A stretch of 64,000 nt of DNA from Ignavibacteriales bacterium (lineage in GTDB: Bacteria > Bacteroidota > Ignavibacteria > UBA10030 > UBA6906): contig JBBIRR010000007.1 of assembly GCA_037441705.1 (NCBI GenBank), positions 24,187-88,186 of the forward strand, given 5' to 3'. The notes under the pieces are model-generated. The model ran no database searches and was not told the origin of the DNA. It saw only the letters and a program-made list of their open reading frames with translations. The position numbers and the translations under genes are program-made. Each line of letters starts with the position of its first letter. Positions within the stretch are counted from its first letter, which is position 1. Positions 59,011-64,000 of this stretch are shown in pieces.

Positions 59011-61446
59011 TCAGATGACCACTTCGCCCTTTGGCGATTTCGTCGGTACATGCGCTGGCGCTGACGGCGATTTGACCGCATCGCATCGTTGGATGACGGA
59101 TGCATAGAGTTGTCCCAGCGCGATGCCGCCATCGTTGGGGGGAACGCGCTGGTGCCAGTAGGGACGGAAGCCTTCTTGCCGCAGACGAGCGATGAGCCGT
59201 TCCGTCAGGTACTTGTTCTGGAAGCATCCGCCGCTGAGCACGACGCGCTCTTCGCCGATTCGTTCGGCAACTCGCACGGCCGCTTCGACGAGCATGTTGT
59301 GGAAACGCGCAGCGATCAACGACATCGGTTCATTCCGATGCAGATCATGCAGCACGGCCACCATCGCAGGCTCCCAGTCCACAACAATCAGAGGACGCTC
59401 GGAGCCGCCGTTGTCACGAGCACTGAGCAGGAACGGATACGCTTCGTTCGTCTCCAACGATCCGATCGCAAACTCCAACTCCATCGCTGCCTGCCCTTCA
59501 TGCCGCACATGATGCCGCAAGCCAGCAAGCGATGCTACCGCGTCGAACAATCTTCCCACACTCGATGTGAGCGGCGCGTTGATGCTCTTCTCAAGCATTT
59601 GTCTGATCAGCGGTACCTCCTCGGGCGAGAATGCCGCAACGGATGCTACCTCACGCTTTTCAAAGACGTCTTTGCCAAACATCTCGAAGAGCACGCCGAT
59701 CGCCGTCCGCCGCGGCTCTTTGATCGCAGCCTCGCCCCCTGGCAAACGGAATTGCCGAAACGTTGCCACGCGCCTGAATCCGTCTCCTTCGTAACTGAAG
59801 AACTCCCCGCCCCACACCGATCCATCAAGACCATAACCCGTCCCATCCCACGAAATCCCCAGAACCCTCCCCCGCAAATCATTGTCGGCCATGCAGGCGG
59901 CAACGTGCGCAACGTGGTGCTGGACCTCTGCGAGATTGCGCACCTCCGACGCGCCGCCGGCGGCAAGCTGCGCATAACGCGTCGAGAGATAATCCGGATG
60001 CATGTCGCAGACAAACGTTCTCGGGTGTGTTTCATACAACCGGCTGAGATCGGCTATGACGCGTTTGAATGCCTCGTACGCTTCGAACGTCTCTAAATCG
60101 CCAATATGTTGACTGACAAACGCGTTTCGTCCGATCAACAGCGCAACGCTGTTCTTCAGGTGCGCGCCCACAGCGAGTGCCGGCCGGTGATCAGACTCCT
60201 CCGTGTTCGGCAGAAGAACGGGAAGCGGAGCGAACCCGCGCGCACGCCGCACGACCATCTCCCGCCCGCCCATCTCGCGAACGATCGAATCGTCTGCGTG
60301 ACGAACAATAGGACGATCGTGTACCAGAAACAGATCGGCAATGTTGTGCAAACGCTTCAGTGCCTCATGCTCATCAATGCAGATCGGCTCGTCGGAGAGG
60401 TTGCCGCTGGTTGCAACGATCGGAAAACCTAACTCACGCATCAGGATATGGTGCAGCGGGCTGTACGGCAGCATGACGCCGAGATAGGGATTATGAGGAG
60501 CCACGGATGGCGCAGGGATTCCGTTCGTTCCGTTGCTTTGCCCGTTCTCCTTTTTTCGCAGCAGCACGATCGGCGCTTCGGGTGATTGGAGAAGCCGCTC
60601 CTCTACCGGTGAAACGTCGCACACCTGGCGGACGGATGCGAGATTTCTGAACATCAGTGCGAAGGGCTTTTCTTCCCGGTGCTTCCTGCTGCGAAGGCGG
60701 CGCACCGCCTCTTCGTTTCTCGCATCTACAACAAGATGAAATCCCCCAATCCCTTTTATCGCGACGATGCGGCCGTCACGCACCGCGTCGGCTGCACGCT
60801 GCAGTGCCGCGTGGTGTCGGGCGAGTGTTGTCCCATCGGCACTCCATAACTCCAGAGCAGGCCCGCACTCCGGGCAAGCGTTCGGCTGCGCATGGAAGCG
60901 GCGGTTCTCCGGATGCTCATACTCGTGCCGACATCGTGCACACATCTGAAACTTCTTCATCGAGGTATGCGCGCGATCGTACGGCAGCGCTTCGATGATG
61001 GTGTATCGCGGCCCGCAATGCGTGCAGTTGGTGAATGGATACAGATAGCGCCGGTTGGAGGGATCGAAAATCTCACGCAAACATTCGGGACAGGTGGCGA
61101 TATCCGGAAGGACCAACGCCGTCTTCTCGCCCGTCCTGTCGCTCTCGTGAATCTCGAACGTCCGATACCCGACAGGGTCGAGATAGGAATGTTCGAGACT
61201 CTGAATGAACGCACGCGGCGGCTTTTCGCGCTGCAGCGCATCGAGAAAGGCCTCGAGCCGTGGTCGTTCAGCCTCGACTTCGATGAACACCCCCGACGTG
61301 GAGTTCGTCACCCATCCGGCGAGGTTCAGGGTCTGCGCCAACCGGAAGACGAACGGACGGAACCCAACGCCCTGCACCGCACCGCGCACACTGACGCGCA
61401 GCCGTTGGCGAGCTTCAAGACTCAGAGAGCGCATCGGTTTGTTCAT
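59011..61446 (-). CDS. hypF: Carbamoyltransferase HypF
   Basis: VQGVGFRPFV acylphosphatase domain, CxxC zinc fingers, RRFHAQPNAC, QHHVAH, DGTGYG, NDGGIALGQ. Confidence 0.96.
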   Translation of the reverse strand: MNKPMRSLSLEARQRLRVSVRGAVQGVGFRPFVFRLAQTLNLAGWVTNSTSGVFIEVEAERPRLEAFLDALQREKPPRAFIQSLEHSYLDPVGYRTFEIHESDRTGEKTALVLPDIATCPECLREIFDPSNRRYLYPFTNCTHCGPRYTIIEALPYDRAHTSMKKFQMCARCRHEYEHPENRRFHAQPNACPECGPALELWSADGTTLARHHAALQRAADAVRDGRIVAIKGIGGFHLVVDARNEEAVRRLRSRKHREEKPFALMFRNLASVRQVCDVSPVEERLLQSPEAPIVLLRKKENGQSNGTNGIPAPSVAPHNPYLGVMLPYSPLHHILMRELGFPIVATSGNLSDEPICIDEHEALKRLHNIADLFLVHDRPIVRHADDSIVREMGGREMVVRRARGFAPLPVLLPNTEESDHRPALAVGAHLKNSVALLIGRNAFVSQHIGDLETFEAYEAFKRVIADLSRLYETHPRTFVCDMHPDYLSTRYAQLAAGGASEVRNLAEVQHHVAHVAACMADNDLRGRVLGISWDGTGYGLDGSVWGGEFFSYEGDGFRRVATFRQFRLPGGEAAIKEPRRTAIGVLFEMFGKDVFEKREVASVAAFSPEEVPLIRQMLEKSINAPLTSSVGRLFDAVASLAGLRHHVRHEGQAAMELEFAIGSLETNEAYPFLLSARDNGGSERPLIVVDWEPAMVAVLHDLHRNEPMSLIAARFHNMLVEAAVRVAERIGEERVVLSGGCFQNKYLTERLIARLRQEGFRPYWHQRVPPNDGGIALGQLYASVIQRCDAVKSPSAPAHVPTKSPKGEVVI

Positions 61447-61459
61447 GCCGACCTCCTTG

Positions 61460-62077
61460 TCAAATGCCAAACGCACGAATGAATACTCCCGTCAGAACAA
61501 TGACTCCTCCTGCGATCACGTCGGACGCGTGCTCGAACCAATGCGCCCGCACCAACGACACTCCGTACAATGCGAGATGGACCTGCAGCAGCATCATCCC
61601 GATCGTTGAAAGACCGAAGAGCAGAAACACCGCAAACACCTCCGTCCAGCCGAAGGCCGAACTCGCAAAGATGAGAGGAATGAGCGGCTCGCACGGACCG
61701 AAGACAATCAACGCAAAGAGTGTCCAGTACGAAACGGCGCGGGCCTTTTCCATGTGGTGGGAATGTTTGCGTCCCCAGTTCTTGATCCCCCACACCATAT
61801 ACGCAAGGCCAAAGCCGATGAGCAGCAGAGATGCAACATCACCACGATGCGACTCCCACAGGTTTACTTCCTCGGCCGCAAACCCGAGCGCAATGCCCAG
61901 CGCCGCAATCAGCAAACTCGATGAGACATGCCCGAACCCCGCAAGCACTGTCACAGACGTGACACGGCGGCGCGACCAGTTCTGCGCGCGCGCAAGCGAA
62001 ACGAACGGAAGCCAATGGTCCGGCGCAAGAGCGTGCAAGACGCCGACCGTGATGGTGGAAAGGAGAAGGACTGTCAT
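61460..62077 (-). CDS. Nickel-transporter-like membrane protein (UreH/RcnA/NiCoT-related)
   Basis: HALAPDH motif, HSHH loop, GPCEP; ATGA overlap with hypB. Confidence 0.7.
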   Translation of the reverse strand: MTVLLLSTITVGVLHALAPDHWLPFVSLARAQNWSRRRVTSVTVLAGFGHVSSSLLIAALGIALGFAAEEVNLWESHRGDVASLLLIGFGLAYMVWGIKNWGRKHSHHMEKARAVSYWTLFALIVFGPCEPLIPLIFASSAFGWTEVFAVFLLFGLSTIGMMLLQVHLALYGVSLVRAHWFEHASDVIAGGVIVLTGVFIRAFGI

Positions 62078-62736
62078 TGGCGCGATCCTTTCAGGAGATG
62101 CTGAAGAAGCCATTCGCCCCACGCGGTAATACCCTCGCCGCTCGTGCACGACGTGAGGAAAACTTTCAGCGCAGGATTGATGGAGAGGGCGTTGCGCTTC
62201 AACGTCTCCACGTCACATGTCAGGTATGGAAGCAAGTCAATTTTGTTGATGATGAGAGCCGATGCCACGCGGAACATCGCCGGATACTTCAGCGGCTTGT
62301 CGTCTCCTTCCGTCGTACTCACAACAACAACCTTCATCGCCTCTCCCAGATCGTACGCCGAGGGGCACACAAGATTCCCGACATTCTCGATGAAGAGTAG
62401 CCGACCGCCGTCGAGACTCAATCGTTCTAACGCATCCTGCACTAACTTCGCTTCAAGATGGCACGCACCGTTCGTCACGATTTGCACAACCGGCACGCCG
62501 AACTTTGCCACGCGCTGCGCATCGAGATCGGTTTGCACGTCACCTTCAATCACGGCAACAGACGCTTTCCCTTTCATGAACTCCAACGTCCGCTCGAGGA
62601 TGCTTGTCTTGCCCGAGCCGGGCGAACTGACGAGGTTGACGGCGAACGCGCCGTGCCGGGCAAGCAGCGTCCGGTTCTGCGCGGCAATCTCGTCGTTCTT
62701 GGCAAGAACTTTTCGTTCGACTGTTACGATGCTCAT
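62074..62736 (-). CDS. hypB: Hydrogenase nickel-insertion GTPase HypB
   Basis: SSPGSGKT, GACHL, ENVGNLVCP, EGDDKPLKYP, NKIDL. Confidence 0.96.
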   Translation of the reverse strand: MSIVTVERKVLAKNDEIAAQNRTLLARHGAFAVNLVSSPGSGKTSILERTLEFMKGKASVAVIEGDVQTDLDAQRVAKFGVPVVQIVTNGACHLEAKLVQDALERLSLDGGRLLFIENVGNLVCPSAYDLGEAMKVVVVSTTEGDDKPLKYPAMFRVASALIINKIDLLPYLTCDVETLKRNALSINPALKVFLTSCTSGEGITAWGEWLLQHLLKGSRQ

Positions 62737-63095
62737 GATGCCTCCGCAGGCTGGTCTTCTAATTCTATTTCCACAACCTGAAGCTCGTTTCCCGTCAGCA
62801 TGACGGTCTCGCCGCTTTCACATTTCGGACAGAGGAAGAGCGGAACGTCGGTTTCGAACTCATGCTGGCAGCCGTTGCAGCGGATGCGTACCGGAACACG
62901 ATGGATAGCGAGCGCGGCGTGTTGGAGCGGCGTGCCGGCAGTGATGGCGGCGAACGAGAACTCGAGCGACTCCGCAACCACACCCGAAAGCGCACCGACA
63001 CGAACGTGGACGGCCTTTACCGCTGAGCGTTGATCCGAGGGCACATAGTCCTCCACGATTTCGAGAATGCCGCTGGCGATGGATAGCTCGTGCAT
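62733..63095 (-). CDS. hypA: Hydrogenase nickel chaperone HypA
   Basis: MHELSIA, CNGC...CPKC. Confidence 0.96.
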   Translation of the reverse strand: MHELSIASGILEIVEDYVPSDQRSAVKAVHVRVGALSGVVAESLEFSFAAITAGTPLQHAALAIHRVPVRIRCNGCQHEFETDVPLFLCPKCESGETVMLTGNELQVVEIELEDQPAEAS

Positions 63096-63137
63096 GGCTG
63101 CCGCCCAAGCGTGGTTGATGGGATCGGTGTTGAGGAC

Positions 63138-63153
63138 TTCAACAACCGTGCCT
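63138..63153 (-). promoter_or_regulatory. Putative sigma54 (-24/-12) promoter of the hyp operon
   Basis: AGGCACGGTTGTTGAA versus consensus TGGCACG-N4-TTGC(A/T); GG-N10-GA. Confidence 0.45.
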
Positions 63154-63476
63154 CATGAACATCAAACAGGCCGCAACGCCAGGGGCAAAATCCTTGTACC
63201 TGCCCGATTCTCTTTCTCACAAGTGAGAAGAAAAAGTGGGGTAATTGTTAGATTTGGGAGAGGAATTGCTTCGGGGGTCACGGCTTGCGGACGCCACACG
63301 GGTTTCGGGGTTGAGGCTTTGGGTTCAGGGGGCATGATGTGTAGCGCCGGACTCCCGTCCGGCGTTTTGTTCGGGTCGCGAATTGGAAATTCGTGCTACG
63401 CGTCGCCCGGACGTCACGGCTTATGCACACGACCTTGTGCCGTGACGGGAGGGCGGGAACGCGAGCGTGCGGGGTC

Positions 63477-63588
63477 GGTTTGAGGTTTGGAGTTCAAGGT
63501 TCAGGGTTCGGGGTTCGGGGTTCGGGGTTCAGGCTTCAGGATGCAGGATGCAAGATGCAGGATGCAGGATTCAGGATTCAAGATGAGG
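63477..63588 (+). repeat. Tandem degenerate heptamer array, 16 units
   Basis: GGTTTGA GGTTTGG AGTTCAA GGTTCAG (GGTTCGG)3 GGTTCAG GCTTCAG GATGCAG GATGCAA (GATGCAG)2 GATTCAG GATTCAA GATGAGG. Confidence 0.9.
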
Positions 63589-63600
63589 GTGCATTCCTTC

Positions 63601-63832
63601 GTCATGCTGAGCGCTGCTTTTCAAGCGCGAAGCATCCAGACCCGGCGAACATGTTTGTAGGACATGCCTCCGGCTTGTCCTTCTGGAAACGTGCACACAC
63701 CGCGCATCGGCAACGCAATCATTCAGCATTCCTCACATCAGCACACGGCGGAGCCGTGTCCCCACACATTTGCGCAGAGCACCCTTCGACTCCGTCCCGC
63801 CTGGAAAGCGGCGGGACTGCGCTCAGGGTGAC
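63601..63832. repeat. MITE/REPIN-like element with imperfect terminal inverted repeats and nested REP-like hairpins
   Basis: GTCATGCTGAGCG ... CGCTCAGGGTGAC ends (11/13 match); inner GTAGGACATGCC-TCC-GGCTTGTCC, ACACGGC-GGA-GCCGTGT and GTCCCGCC..GGCGGGAC hairpins. Confidence 0.6.
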
Positions 63833-64000
63833 GATGGCGTTCAGGACACGGCGGAGCCGTGTCCCCGCACAATGGGCATGGTGTGATGATACGCGCGCTT
63901 TTGCGTTAGGCGGCCGGAGGGTGCCCGCCGCTTTGTGGCGGGCAGTGCTGAGCGCTGCTCAGCGAAGCACCGAAGCGACAGCGGAGCCCGCAGGACGCCG

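Noticed and set aside
63477-63870. CRISPR array
   Set aside because: No constant 23-47 nt repeats with unique spacers, and no cas genes
63903-63912. GTTAGGC as an integron attC R' end
   Set aside because: No matching RYYTAAC partner at a suitable distance, and no cassette ORF or integrase

Overview
GC-rich bacterial chromosomal segment, mostly minus-strand. It most likely comes from an Ignavibacteria-like FCB-group organism: four proteins end in the T9SS 'NYPNPFNP' sorting domain, yet the promoters are TTGACA/TATATT-type and the Shine-Dalgarno sites are GGAGG. Left part: an Omp28-like/DUF6029-like/TlpA thiol-redox triad, a secreted GH18 hydrolase, alpha-2-macroglobulin-pbpC-pcrA-yihY, a divergent MNT-HEPN toxin-antitoxin pair, and an acyl-CoA mutase with isobutyryl-CoA-mutase residues followed by a TGA-interrupted Uma2 gene. 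Middle: mutL, ftsY, purF, nadB, a FadL/PorV-like barrel preceded by tiny ORFs (one is essentially a lipoprotein signal plus CWEC), then tRNA(Gly,Cys,Leu,Val)-thrS-infC-rpmI-rplT-pheST-zapBA-6S RNA-rny-coaE. Right part: greA, ribBA, yajC, tgt, nnr, an isolated nuoN, citrate synthase, a DPP-IV-like peptidase, a full hyp [NiFe]-maturation operon with an extra ligand-less HypC paralog, and a nested palindrome/heptamer repeat region at the end. No CRISPR array, rRNA, integrase or transposase was seen. Family calls are from motif recognition only; no database search was run.
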